64,000 bases of DNA, taken from positions 121,832,001-121,896,000 of the forward strand of contig NC_086097.1 in assembly GCF_963921235.1 (NCBI RefSeq). The letters are read 5' to 3'. A model generated the notes under the pieces. The model had not been told where the DNA came from, ran no database searches, and saw only the letters and a program-made list of their open reading frames with translations. This DNA comes from Mobula hypostoma. Taxonomy: Eukaryota. Below, in pieces: positions 23,766-36,836 of the stretch. How positions within the stretch are numbered: position 1 is the first letter of the stretch; every line of letters begins with the position of its first letter. A program made the translations under genes and the position numbers.

Positions 23766-24964
23766 GGTAACTATTAAACAGGCCACTGGGTGTATCCTCT
23801 GGCGTACTCTTTGGTACAGTATAATGCACCTGAATAAATCACATGAGTGCTAAGCATTGAAATACTGCAATACAAATGGGCGCTTAGGTTTCCTTCAACT
23901 CCTTGGTTCCCTTGCTGTCTGATATCTTCCCCACTGCAACTGCCCAGTGCAGAACCTGATGAGAAGTCCAGCACAATAATCAGGACACGTATCTCCCGAT
24001 ACATCAAGATCTCAACATCACTCCTCACCAACATTTGTGACTCAGAAGCCCTCTGGACTAATAACTTGACCAGCAACTTAGGATTGGGTTCCAGTCTAAA
24101 TGGCGTTTAGAAAATTAATTGGAATTCACATGTCTTGTCCCTGAATTTGGTCCCTGAGGTGGTTGGAATGATACCACTTAAGTTGTATCTGATAAATCAT
24201 GGCAGATGACATGCCTGATACACAGGTGAAAGCTGAACACTTTCAATTGTATGATGCAGTTTGTCTAAAACAAACGGGAGAAGCTGTAAAATAGAATAAG
24301 CAATCCACAAAAGTAATGAGGTATGATGACAGTCCACTCTATATGACCCCAGCCAACTCTCTGGCTTGACCACTGAGCTGTAAAATTACACTTAGCATTC
24401 AAAGGAAAGTTATCAGGCTCCTGATACCATGGTCCCTGCAGACAAGACCATTCAATGCCAATAGTCTGTAATTATTTATCACTTCTAAGGAGATGGAAGG
24501 GTTCAGGAAAGAAATTGCACAGTCTGCCAATACATTTCCCTGTTTACTTGGTCTGCTGAGTAAAAACACCCTCTACCTAATAAAGTGAACTGATACCACA
24601 ATCTATCAAGTAAATTTCATGGACTCTCTAACTCCTGAAGCCCTTGACCATGTCTGCATGCTTTTAAGCACTGAGTTGCTGCTGCCTGATTGGCTGATTA
24701 GATATTTGCGTTAACGAGTAATTAATAAAGTGGCCTCTGAGTGTATGTCTTGGCCCAAGTGTTTTCTCAGCAGAATTTCAAGGGCAGGTGAATCTTTCAG
24801 TAAAGTCCTTTGACCTGGTACCACCTGAACTCTGGCTGGATCAGCACTGGGAAAGTAAAAGGATAAAGTACCCCGTTAAGCAGATTAAACAGCATTAATG
24901 CTCATTGCATCAGGTTTGGGATCTCTAAAATGGAACTGGAACTTAGCCAGCTCTACCTAGGCCT

Positions 24965-25345
24965 CCCCAGTATTGAGGACATCTTCAAAAGATGATGCTT
25001 CAAAAAGGTAGAGTCCATTTTTAAGGACCCCCATCACACAGGACATGCTCTCTTCTCATTTCCACTATCAGAGAGGAGGTATAAGAACCTGAAAACACAC
25101 ACTCAATATTTTAGGAACAGCTTCTTCCCTTCTGCTATCAAATTTCTGAATGGACAATGAACCCATGAAAACTACTTCACTATTTTTGCTCTCGTTTTGC
25201 ATTATTTATTTAATCTACTATATATTTAAATCAATTTCTTCTAATTTAGAGTTAGTTTTATGTATTTCACTGCACTACTTCTGCGAAACAACAAGTTTCA
25301 CGACATATAATATGTCAGTTATATTACACCTGATTCTAATTCTGG
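24965..25345 (+). mobile_element. Rex/Babar-like LINE 3' fragment
   Basis: Same family sequence as 207-518. Confidence 0.7.
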
Positions 25346-25626
25346 TTTGGATATGGCTGCATTTAATGTATGAAAGCCATCTGTTCAGGAGGAGCCATGG
25401 TGGAGATCATTCATTAATTGTGATTTTGAAAGGATCATTGCTGATAAAGTGCTGATACCCTATGTGCTCCATTTTGTAATAAATGGTAGCAAACTGCAAA
25501 CCACTATCAATTGCGCCCTGGTTGAATTATCCCTAAGTCAACCCTCATCAAGACAGTTAATTTGATGATTACAACACAGGCATTGTGAGCACTCTGTAAA
25601 GTGCCTTAGAGTATCCTGAAAAATTA

Positions 25627-26095
25627 ACACAAAATGCTGGAGGAACTCAGCAGGTCAGGCAGCATCTATGGAGAGGAATGAACTGTCAACATTTTGGGCT
25701 AAGACCCTTCATCAGGACTGGATACAAAGCTAGAATAAGAAGGAAAATGGACCTTGGGAGAAGGGGTTCCCATTCTCCAATGGTCCACTCTCTTCTCCTA
25801 TAGATACCCTTCTTCTTCAGCCAGATGATAGTTTTTTCAACTATCATCCCTCAGCTTCTCACTCCAACCCTTCCCTCTCATCTGGTTTCACCTATCACCT
25901 GCCAGCTCATATTCCATCCCCTCTCTCCACCTTCTTATTCTGGCTTCTTCCCCCTTCCTTCCCAGTCCTGATGAAGGGTCTCAGCCTGAAACATCGACTC
26001 TTTATTCCCCTCCATAGATGCAGCCTGAACTGCTGAGTTCCTCCAGTATTTTGTGTTTATTCCTCTGGATTTCCAGCATCTGTACTACCTCTTGT
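25627..26095. mobile_element. Penelope-like element end with inverted termini, both carrying hammerhead motifs
   Basis: Arm 25627-25722 is the diverged reverse complement of 25961-26057. The plus-strand motif reads cagtc-ctgatga-agggtctcagcct-gaaac-atc-gactc. Confidence 0.75.
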
Positions 26096-26910
26096 GCTTT
26101 GAATATCCTGAGGTTGGGAACGCTGCTGTATGTAAATGCAAGTCTTTCTGTTCATATTGAACAGAAATTCTCCAGAATGTCAATATCTATTCTCCATTAC
26201 ATTTCAATGCACTGTTAGATCAAAATCCATGGTAACTAGTTCCATTGCTTAGTTTTACCAATTGATTATGACCTGAATACTTAAATTTGAAAAAGTGCTG
26301 TACAGTTTTCTATAATATTGTCAGTGGGAGACGACCATTTGACTGAGGCATGATTCATTGTCTTCCTTTCTGTTGTAAAAATTAGTATCTGTAAATTAAT
26401 TTCCATTCTTACCAGGTCAAAACCTTGCACATTCTATGACATAAAGTATCAGTAATTCAGAACATTGCCACAGTATTGTAGGAATGAGTTTAGAAATCAG
26501 GAATATATTAATATACACTTAGAAAGCACTAGTTTCTTCAATGATATTAAGGAAACACAAATCATCATTAAGACTTGACCTTGCTTCAAACAGCATGCAA
26601 ATTAATAATGCTTTAACACAGATACTGAAGATTCCCACAGCCCACACACCAATAATGCGGTCTCAAGGCCAAATTAACCTATCTGTTCTAATAAAGTTCT
26701 CTGAGAAATAATCAATATCTACAATATTGTTTTGGTTTTAACACAATTCTATCAAAGAAACAGATCTGTTTAGGACAATTATACCCTGGTTTTTGAAATA
26801 CTGTTGACTTAGTTTAATTTTTTAAAATATATTTTGCAACAGCCTTTGTAAGGGAAAAGAATACTGATGACTTTTAATTTTTGCATTTACCTAATGGTAT
26901 CAGTGTGAAA

Positions 26911-27537
26911 CATAGAAACATAGAAACATAGAAAATAGGTGCAGGAGTAGGCCATTCGGCCCTTCAAGTCTGCACCGCCATTTATTATGATCATGGCTGA
27001 TCATACAACTCAGAACCCTGTACCAGCCTTCCCTCCATACCCCCTGATCCCCGTAGCCACAAGGGCCATATCTAACTCCCTCTTAAATATAGCCAATGAA
27101 CCGGCCTCAACTGTTTCCTGTGGCAGAGAATTCCACAGATTCACCACTCTCTGTGTGAAGAAGTTTTTCCTAATCTCAGTCCTAAAAGGCTTCCCCTTTA
27201 TCCTCAAACTGTGACCCCTCGTTCTGGACTTCCCCAACATTGGGAACAATCTTCCTGCATCTAGCCTGTCCAATCCCTTTAGGATTTTATACGTTTCAAT
27301 CAGATCCCCCCTCAATCTTCTAAATTCCAACGAGTACAAGCCTAGTTCATCCAGTCTTTCTTCATATGAAAGTCCTGCCATCCCAGGAATCAATCTGGTG
27401 AACCTTCTTTGTACTCCCTCTATGGCAAGGATGTCTTTCCTCAGATTAGGGGACCAAAACTGCACACAATACTCCAGGTGTGGTCTCACTAAGGCCTTGT
27501 ACAACTGCAGTAGTACGTCCCTGCTCCTGTACTCGAA
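26911..27537 (-). mobile_element. Young 5'-truncated CR1, same subfamily as 21447-22604
   Basis: Nearly identical to 21447-22070, with an open frame at 27010-27504 and a possible TSD tgaaa. Confidence 0.93.
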
Positions 27538-28184
27538 TGAAAATTAGACTACTAGATGATTAGACAAATGGACTCACACCATGGACGCAAAGGGCTGGAT
27601 TAGTCCCCATAGTTTCTCCCAAAAGAGCTTCTGTATAGATGCTACTGCATCCAATTATTATTTCCAGCATTCTCTGTTCTTTTACCCCAACACACACCAT
27701 TTCCAATGTTACTACTCTGCTGATATGTGCTCAACACATATCAACATGGTTGGAGTTTCTAATTACTGACTGCAATTTTTCAAACCTTACAAATGTCACT
27801 GGCTTCAGATTGATTCCTGTTAAGTTACGATAAGATTTCAAAGCTCTTGACAAAGGATTTAAGAAATTCAACTGGAAAATTTTCCAATAAAGTTTGCAGA
27901 TTACAGAGGAGCTGGAAGGAAAAACTTAGTTCAACATTAATCGTTGCAGCAATGACTTATGTCCTAGTTTCAGGGATAAAAGTTGCATACCTTTATAAAT
28001 AATGTTAATCATACCATTAGTTCAATAAAGTATTCAATGCATTCATCATGCATCAACTATGGAAATGCAAGTGGTCAAGGCAGACATTGGCCTTTTTTTC
28101 CTCTTTGCTGGCACACTGTCAGCCATTTGATGAGCTTTAGATAAGGAAGCTTGGGTTATTCTTCGTCTCTCTTCTGTTAGGTGG

Positions 28185-28445
28185 ATATCATAAAGGAGGA
28201 AAGTGTGAAAGGTGATATATTCAAGGTGAACATGAGGGGGAAACTCTTCACTCAGAGGGTGATGAGACTGTGAAATGAGCTGCCAGCAGAGGTGGTTGAT
28301 GTGGGTTCGATTTTAACGTTTAGGAGAAGTTTGGATAAGAATGTGGGCGGGAGAGGTATGGAGCACTATGGTCCTGGTGCAGGTTGCTGGGACAGGGAAG
28401 AATAATAGTTTGGCACAGAGTAGATGTGCTGATGTGCTCTATGAA
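28185..28445 (+). mobile_element. CR1 3' fragment (older)
   Basis: ttcactcagagggtgatgagactgtgaaatgagctgcca motif. Confidence 0.7.
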
Positions 28446-31094
28446 TCTATTTGTTTTAGCATGTTTTTACCTTCATAGAAAACAATCCCTACCCACAGAA
28501 TGCACCAGGTAAATTCCACCAGCTCATGAGATGATCAATAGAGGTAGAAGTAAGATTCCATACCCTAAAAATGATCTTTGGTTAGGGTAGTGCTAAAGCT
28601 TTCCAGCTACATTATGAGAAGATGACCATTTTTTTCATCTACAGTTACACCAAAAAGAGCCTTTCAGAATTCCATTGATCTGCAGTGTTTAGTTTATAGA
28701 CAACACCCAAGTAAGAGCATTGAGTGCTGAGCATTACCTCTGCAGATTATCAGCTCTCAGAATCTCTTTGGATGTTGCTGAATTTCTTGTTAAGTTGTGA
28801 GGCTTTGGTCACATTGTGTTCCGGACATACCTGTGTCTTCTGTATTTGCTGAAGCTGAAAAAGCCTTGGCTCCCCAAGAAGGAACACGAGTTATCCTCAC
28901 ATTCCAAAGATGATTATAAACTTTTACTGGCTTATGTGAGTTAACTGATACAACTTTGGCAAATGGCAATCACTCCATTGTTTTCTGTTATGATGATAAA
29001 ATCAGAGGACAGCTGGCAGACATTTTCAACTTTGACAAAATCAGCAGGTTGCATTTTTGTACCCTTGCTGATAATAAAAATTATCCAAGGAGCTTAACAT
29101 TTATATTAACAAGTATATAATATTGATCCCAGATAAGCAATGTTAGGGAAAGCGACAAAGAATTGGTTATAAAATGCATTTTAATGAAAATGGCCTTAGC
29201 AGAAAGAGAGAGTGAGTGAAAGCAAGCGAGAGGCAGTGAGAGAAATAAACCAACCAAAGAGATGGCAGGAAAATCTAAAAGCCCTCTCTTGCTATCATGT
29301 CAAAAAGTTATAGAGAGCCACAACGTGGAAACAGGCCCTTCTGCTCACCCAGGACCATGCTGGTCATTAGATCAGCATTAATCCTACCCTAGTCCATTTT
29401 ATTCTCCCCACAGCAACCCACATCTCCCAAATTCTATCATTCATCTACACATTAAGGTCAACCTGCAACCTGCACATCTTTCGGACAGGGAAAGAATCTG
29501 ATGCATTGGGAGAAGGGAGTCAGTGACGAGCAGTTTCTGTACCCAGTCTGGTCTGCCTTCATCTACACTTCGGTTCTTTAGGCCACTTTCGTGCTTCTTG
29601 CTTAGTTGTTTTGATGACTTCACGATGCTGAAATAATGAGGTGCCTTTTCTTACTTTCTTTTCTCAATGTTCCCTCAAGCTCAAGCAACTCATCACTGTT
29701 TCTTTTTTCTGTAGTTCTAGGGAACCTGGAAGGTTGATGTGTTACTTGCATGTTCATTCCATCCCGATGTCATACTGTGTAATGCTGGGAAGGCCTTGCT
29801 GGTAAAGTCAAGAATCGTTTCAGTGCATAAATACAGGGGTTGAAGAGAGACCATAAGTATCATGATTGTGCTGGTTGATTTACATAGTTGTGCCACTCGC
29901 CTAACACATTAGCAACTCAGATTCAAACTTACTTATCATATGTTCATTGAAACAGATAGTGAAATGCACTGTTGACGTCAACAAACAACAGAACCTAAGG
30001 ATGTGCAGGGGGCAGCCCACAACTGCCACCGCACATTATATTGCTGACATGGCATGTCCACAATGTTCAACCTAACAACACAAGCAGCAAAACCAACAAC
30101 AACAGAACAAAACAAGGCAACAACAGCAAAACAAGTCCCTTCCTGACCCTCCCACCCTCCCATATACACTGTACTCCCACCCAGGACAGGTCATTCGCAA
30201 ACCTCCAATTCTTGGGCTTGGACTCTCAAACTTGCAAACATCAGGACTCCAACAACCAGTCTCAGGTCCAGACTCATCCCCTAACTCTGGACTCACCAAC
30301 CTCTGGACTTTGACCATTGACCTTGCCCTCTGGACCTTGCCTACCTCTGGGCATCAATACCATGACTTTTCAATTACTCATTTGACCTTTGGGCCTTCTT
30401 CATCTGACCCCTTGGATTGTTGATCTTCGACCACAGAGCACCTTGGATTTTAGGTTCCAGACTGTTAGGGACTTCCGATCCTGATGTCCCTGACTTTTTA
30501 TTAGCCCTCATCTCTGTCCCTAAACTCTAAACTGACCCCCATCTCCCTGCATTATCCCCCAAACCCTCCCTCTGAACCTGAAAAAAACCCTCATCCTTAG
30601 CTATCCTTTTACATTTAAGAATTTGGTGCATTTGCATTTTAATTGACATTAAACTTGATAAATGTGACAATTAAAAGTGCAAGGATCCTGTTAATGACAC
30701 AAGAGTTGTTAATACAGCCAATTGTCTTTGACTCTAAAGGGGAAATATGTACAGTAAACAATTTAATCTTATTTTTGCATGTAATCAATTCTTGTAAGAG
30801 ATATTAAAATCTCAAATACAAATCTCTTTTATATATTTTACCCTTTCTACTCCTTTTTTAAATCTCTACATGATTTTTTTCCCTCTCTCGACTGGCATGA
30901 CTTTAATTCTTCTTCCTCTCGGCTCTGCTTCTATTTCTTTCCAGAATCCTGACATATTAATCTGTTAGAGCAATTCACTGTTGATTCACCTAGTTTACAG
31001 CTACACTCTGTCTCTCTCATGATGTCATAATCAGCTCCCACTTCAAAAACGCTATGATGTAAAGATTTCAGGTAAAGGACGCAGAGGAAGATCT

Positions 31095-31497
31095 AGCTAT
31101 CACCATCCAGGTCATTTTCTCTTCTCGCTACTACCATCAAGAGGTACAGGAACCTTAGGTCCCACAACAGGAGTGTGAGGGACAGTTATTACCCTACAAC
31201 CATCAGGCTCCTGAAGCAGCATGGATAACTTCACTCACCTCAACACTGAACTGATTCCACTACCTACAGACTCACTTTCAAAGACTCTATAGTTCACGTT
31301 CTTCATATTATTATTTTGAAAAATTTGCACTATTTGTCTTCTAATGCACATTGATCGTCAGTCTTTACGTACAGTTTTTCATAAATTCGATTGTAGTTTT
31401 TGTTGTCCTGTAAGTGTCTGTAAGAAAATGAATCTCAGGGTAGTTTATGGTGACATACAGTATATGTACCCTGATAATAAATTTACTTTGACTTTGA
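31095..31497 (+). mobile_element. Rex/Babar-like LINE 3' fragment
   Basis: Family motif and tail aaatttactttgactttga. Confidence 0.7.
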
Positions 31498-32574
31498 CCA
31501 TTAGGCTTTTTAACCCCAGTTTCGTCGTAGTCAATCTGCCCCTTCATAGCTGCCACTGTCATGAGCCTTGTTGGCCTCTGCAACTTGCCGTACAGTTTAG
31601 GGGTTTTTGGTTTCTTGGCATCTGTATTTACTAATCGTCAGAGCCGTTAAGCCCAGCTGCTTTCTGTTTGGTCTTATTGGCCTTATTGCAACTGGCACAT
31701 CTTTCCTGCATTCTGTGATTAAAGGGGAACTCTCGTTGTGCTCTGTAAGCAGAGTCTGACTGTATGTTGCTGAATGATAAGTTGTGCAGCGTTGCTCAGT
31801 CGTGCCTCTGATGCTCTGTTGGTGTTCCTATGTCTAACGTTCTGTTTCTGTCTCTTCATGGGGAGTGGCTGTTCCTCCGCTCCTGGGTTGCGACGTCGCC
31901 TGAGCTCACCGTGACTGATGGAGCCGTCAGTCGGCGCCAGCAGCCATCGTGACAGACAGAGTCTGCCGTTTCTCTGCACTTGTGAGTGTGCACCATGACA
32001 GACACCTTCTTCCTTTCACTTTTTTACCTTGATTATGATATCATCTGCACCCATCAGGTTGTGAATACTCTGTGTTTCCTTCACAAGGTAGACTCAAACA
32101 TCCAGGAACATAAGAATTTTCAAATTGAATGACTTTTGTTGATTCAGCTGTACTAAGTGTGTTAATCTTGCACTCTTGAGGAGCTTTCTCTTCATTTGAA
32201 GAAGCCTATTAGATTTGCTACCTTAGCACTTTAATTACTTCTTTTGCCACCTTGATTACATACAGACAGACCTGGTTTGATAATAAATTTATTTTGAACT
32301 TTGAACATGGGGTACAAATGTTAGAATTCTGCACTCTATACCCGTTCCTACAACCTTCCTTTCTGACAACCTTCTTGCATGCATCTGCATTGTCCATTAT
32401 CATTTCTTCTTGCAAATGGTAAAAAGATTTCTATTCATTCTCTCCCCTCACCCTCAGTGCCCTTAGCAAACAGACATAAGGGATGTCTATACCAGCTTCA
32501 GCAGTGGCATACAAGACATCCCTCCCACAGAATCTAATAGATTTTCCTCAGATAAAGAGACAGGAAATTTAGTG

Positions 32575-33190
32575 CCCTCTCTATACCCCTCATAATTTTG
32601 TATACCTTCATCAAATTGCCCCTCAATCTTTTATGTTCCAGGAAATAAAATTCTAATCTATTCTGTCTTTCCTTATAACACAGGTCCTCCAGACCTGGCA
32701 ACATCCTTGTAAATTTTCTCTGAACTTTTTCAAACTTATTTACATCTTTCCTGTAGGTAGGTTACCAAAACTACACACAATACTCCAAATTAGGCCTCAC
32801 CAATATCTTATGCAACTTCAACATAACATTCCATCTCCTGTACTTTGATTTATTGAGGCCAATGTGCCAAAAGCTTTCTTTACAACCGTATCAACCTGTG
32901 ATGCCACTTTCCCTGGGATCTGTATTCCCAGATCCTATTGTTCTACCACGCACCTCAGTGCCCTACCATTCACTGTGCAGGACCTACCCAAATTGGTCCT
33001 CTCGAAGTGCACACATCCCACTTGTCTGCATTAAATTCTATCTATCATTTTACAGCCCATTTTTTCATCTGGTCCAGATCCCGCTGCAAGCCATGGTAGT
33101 CTTCCTTGCAGTCCACTGCACCCTGATCTTGGTGTCATCCACAAATTTGTTGATCCAGTTAACTACATTATCCCCCAGTTGTGGATGATG
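32575..33190 (-). mobile_element. CR1 internal RT fragment
   Basis: Reverse complement of the RPNLEYCV and KFVDDTK motifs (caatactccaaattaggcctcacc, tcttggtgtcatccacaaattt). Confidence 0.75.
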
Positions 33191-33434
33191 GAGACCAATG
33201 CAAATGAGTTCTTCAGGGTAGTTTCTTGGGCCCAGTCACCTACAACTGTTGTTTCAATGACCTTCGTTTTGTCACAAGGTCAGAAACAGGCAACTCAATG
33301 AGAAATAGTCTGTGCCCATGCACAACAAAGCCTGGATGGCCATTAGACATGGGTTGATAAGGTGCGAGAGACATCTGTGCCATAAAACACTAAAAATCAG
33401 CAGCCAATGGCTACCTCCAACTAAAAGAAAGACT

Positions 33435-33645
33435 TAAACACAAGAGATTCTGCAGATGCCGGAAATCCAGGTAATACATACAAAATGCTGGAGGAACTCA
33501 GCTGGTTGGTCAGCATCTATAGGAAGAAAAAATAGTCGATGTATCAGGCTGAGACCCTTCTTCAATACTGGAAAGGAAGGGGAAAGAAGCCAGAATAAGA
33601 AGATGGGGGAGGGGAAGGAGTACAAGCTGGCAGGTGAAAGGTGAA
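33435..33645 (-). mobile_element. Penelope-like terminus
   Basis: aaatgctggaggaactcagc...gagacccttcttcaatactg, with a degenerate hammerhead. Confidence 0.65.
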
Positions 33646-34084
33646 ACTAAGAGAAAGACTTAATCACTACTTTTGACATTCAGTGACGTTACCACTGTTG
33701 AGTGCACTATTAATATTCTAGTGATTAGCATCATTCAGGAACTCAACCAGATTGTCCACGTAAAGCACTATGGCTTTCACAATAGTTCAGAGGCTAAGTG
33801 TGCTGCTGTACATAACTCAGCTCCAGACACCTGGAGGCCTTCCCATCATCTACTAGGCATGGTGCAGTGAAGAAACTCTCCATTTGCCTGAATGAGTGGA
33901 GTCTCAACAACTTATAAGAAGCTTGACACCGTGTTGGATAAAGCAGCCCTCTGGACTGCTACATGATATAGTACTGATACACAATGGCTCTCTCTTTACC
34001 CACTCCTACAGCACCTCCAAAATCTCCAACGTTTAACACCAAGAAGGGCAGGATAGCAGGAATAAGACATTCCTGCATGTTCCC

Positions 34085-34608
34085 CTCCATTCTGCGTACC
34101 ATCCCCTTTTAGAAGTACTGACAGCTTCATCGAACACTTCCATCTAGCAAAAGTGGCCAGACATTTTAATCTGATTCCCTTTCCCATTCGGACATGTTGG
34201 TCCATGGCCTCCGCTTGTGCCATGATGAGCCACCCTCAGGATGGAGGTGCAACTCCTTATCTGGGTAGCCTCCAACCTGATCACATGGTTATTGATTTCT
34301 CCTTCCAATAAAATAAATGTTTCCCTCTTCTATCCCCAACTCTAGCCTCTAATCTCTCCTCACCTGCCTATCACCTCCCCCACTCCTCCTTCCCTTTCTC
34401 CTCTGTCCACTCTCCTATCAGCTTCGTTCTTCTTCAGCCCTTTGCCTTTCCTACCCACCTGGTAGGAGAGGTGGAATTCCTCCTTTCTTCCCCCCCATCT
34501 TTTTATTCTGGCAGTTATCTCTTTCCCTTCCAGATCTTAAGTATGAGTTCCTCCAGTACTTTGTGTGTGTTGCTTTGGGTTTCCAGCATCTGCAGAATTT
34601 CTCATGTT
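34085..34608 (+). mobile_element. Penelope-like element 3' end (GIY-YIG C-terminal remnant plus tail)
   Basis: ccagtggccagacattttaat-like segment and ctgggtagcctccaacctgat (LGSLQPD), followed by a pyrimidine-rich tail and the shared terminus. Confidence 0.65.
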
Positions 34609-36294
34609 TATGATGTGCTGTTCGTTTGTTGCTGCTGGGTATTAATCCTGGAGTACCTTCCCAACAGGACAATGGGAGAACCTTCACCAGATGGACAACT
34701 GCGTTCAATAATCTGGCTCTCCAGCATCTTCTCACTAGCATTTGAGAATGGTCAATAGATACTGGAGATGTCTTGATGCCTTAAGGTGAGGATAAACCGA
34801 TTCATTGCTTTGGAACCTACCAGAAATTTCGCTGTTTGTATTTTCATATTTACCACATTGTGATCTTACTTCTAAACAATTTCAGAATATACTCTCTCAG
34901 GTGGGGAGGGATGAATAAGCATAGGGGTCACAGAGAGAGTTATCTGCCTCAGATTAGTATTCTCAACAAGTGTTTGCTTCACCCTTGCCAGCATGAGTAT
35001 TTATATCTGTTTCCATTTTCCCATCTACTTAGATAGTTTACTGGAAACCAACGGGCTATGTTGTTGATACCCGATGTCAGGTCCTGTCTGCAGACAATCC
35101 TTGCGTCATGGAAAATGTGTGACTTGGCCATCTTATCTGCACCAGTCAAAATAAAAAAGCTTCCAATCCTATCTCACCATCCATCACTTGACCTGCAGCC
35201 CTAGACATTGTGACTTTTCAACGACTGTTTTTAAATAACCGTTCAAGCGCACTAAGGTTTTCTGTCTGCGCCATTCTTTCAGTCAGGAAATTTCAGGCCA
35301 CTATGTGTGAAAAATAAGATACTCAACTGTCTCCTAGTTCAACTGCCAAGTACTTTATGCACTTTTACTTTATCTAGGCCACCTGTAACCTTATACTGAC
35401 AAGAGTTTCTGCAGATGCTGAAAATCCTGAGAATGCACGCGAAGTGCTGAGGGACTCAGCAGGCCAGGCAGCATCTATGGAGAGGAATGAACAGCTGATG
35501 TTACAAGTCCTTGATAAAAGGTTTCAGCCTGATCATTCCTTTCCATAGATGCTGCCTGACCTACTGAGTGGTAACATGGTACAGTACTCCTCTATTGAGT
35601 CTTCCACACAGACTCTTTGTTCCAAAGAAACAGACCCAGTCTATCCTGTGGCTATAACTTAATCATCTCTTCTGCACTTTCCCCAGCAAATCATAACTTC
35701 CCTATAATGCGATGACCTGAACCTATGTAGTACATAGTCTCATGAGCATTTTGTACAGTTCAAGCATGATAACATCCACAGTTTTATATTCTCACTGCTA
35801 ATAAAGGAAAGCACCCAGTTTTTGCCTCTTAAACTTTATTAAAATTTCCTGCACTTTGATTGATTTGTGTGCATACTCTCCAAGACCCTTCTAACTAAAT
35901 GTCCTCTCAGTTGTCTAATTGCAACTTGCCAATTCATTACCTCACAGACCTTTGGATTAAATTAATTTGCCTTCTTATGTACCCAGCTGAGCTAAGGATC
36001 TGTCGCTTCTGGCAGTCTCCACATGGCCAACTTTTGCATCACGTGCAAAGTTAGTTTTATTTTTACCTACACTTATCTCTAAGTGATTTTTATATATAAC
36101 AAGCAGCAAAAGTTGGAGAACTGAGCCCAGTGCAACACTACCTGTAACAGTCTTCCCATTGCAAAGGGACCTGTCAACCAGTTATCCTTTGCTTTTCATT
36201 GCTCAGCCAGTTTTCCATCCATTTTGCCACTTGCCCTTTGAGCTTTTACTTTATTCGCTTGTCTGCCTTTTGGGACGTTACTAAAACCTAAAAA

Positions 36295-36836
36295 GTTGCT
36301 TAAGATATTGGTGAGGCCTAATTTGGAGTATTGTGTGCAGTTTTGGTCATCTACCTACAGGAATGATGTAAATAAGGTTGAAAAATACAGAGAAAATTTA
36401 CAAAGACGCTGGTGGGACTGGAGGACCTCAGTTATAAGGAATGATTGAATAGGTTAGAACTGCATTCTTTAGAATGTAGAAGACTGAGAGGAGATTTGAT
36501 AGAGGTATACAAAATTAAGAACTGCAAGCAGGCTTTTTCCACTGAAGCTGGGAGAAACTACAACTAGAAGTCATGGGTTAAGGGTGAAAGGTGAAAAGTT
36601 TAAGTGGAACATAATGGGAAACTTCTTCATTCACAGGGTTGTGAGAGTGTGGAATGAGCTGCCAGCACAAGTGGTGCATGCAAGCTCGATTTCAACTTTG
36701 AAGAGAGGTTTGCATAGGTACACAGATCGCTATGGTCCGGGTGCAGTTGATGGGAGCAGGCAGTTGAAATGATCCAGCACAGTCTAGAGGGGCTGACGGG
36801 CCTATTTCTGTGCTATAATTTTCTATGACTCCATGA
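36295..36836 (+). mobile_element. CR1 3' fragment
   Basis: LVRPNLEYCVQFW and FFIHRVVRVWNELP motifs. Confidence 0.85.

Noticed and set aside
23774..24110. Overlapping 100-aa and 87-aa ORFs
   Set aside because: No splice support or recognisable domain. They look like decayed LINE sequence.
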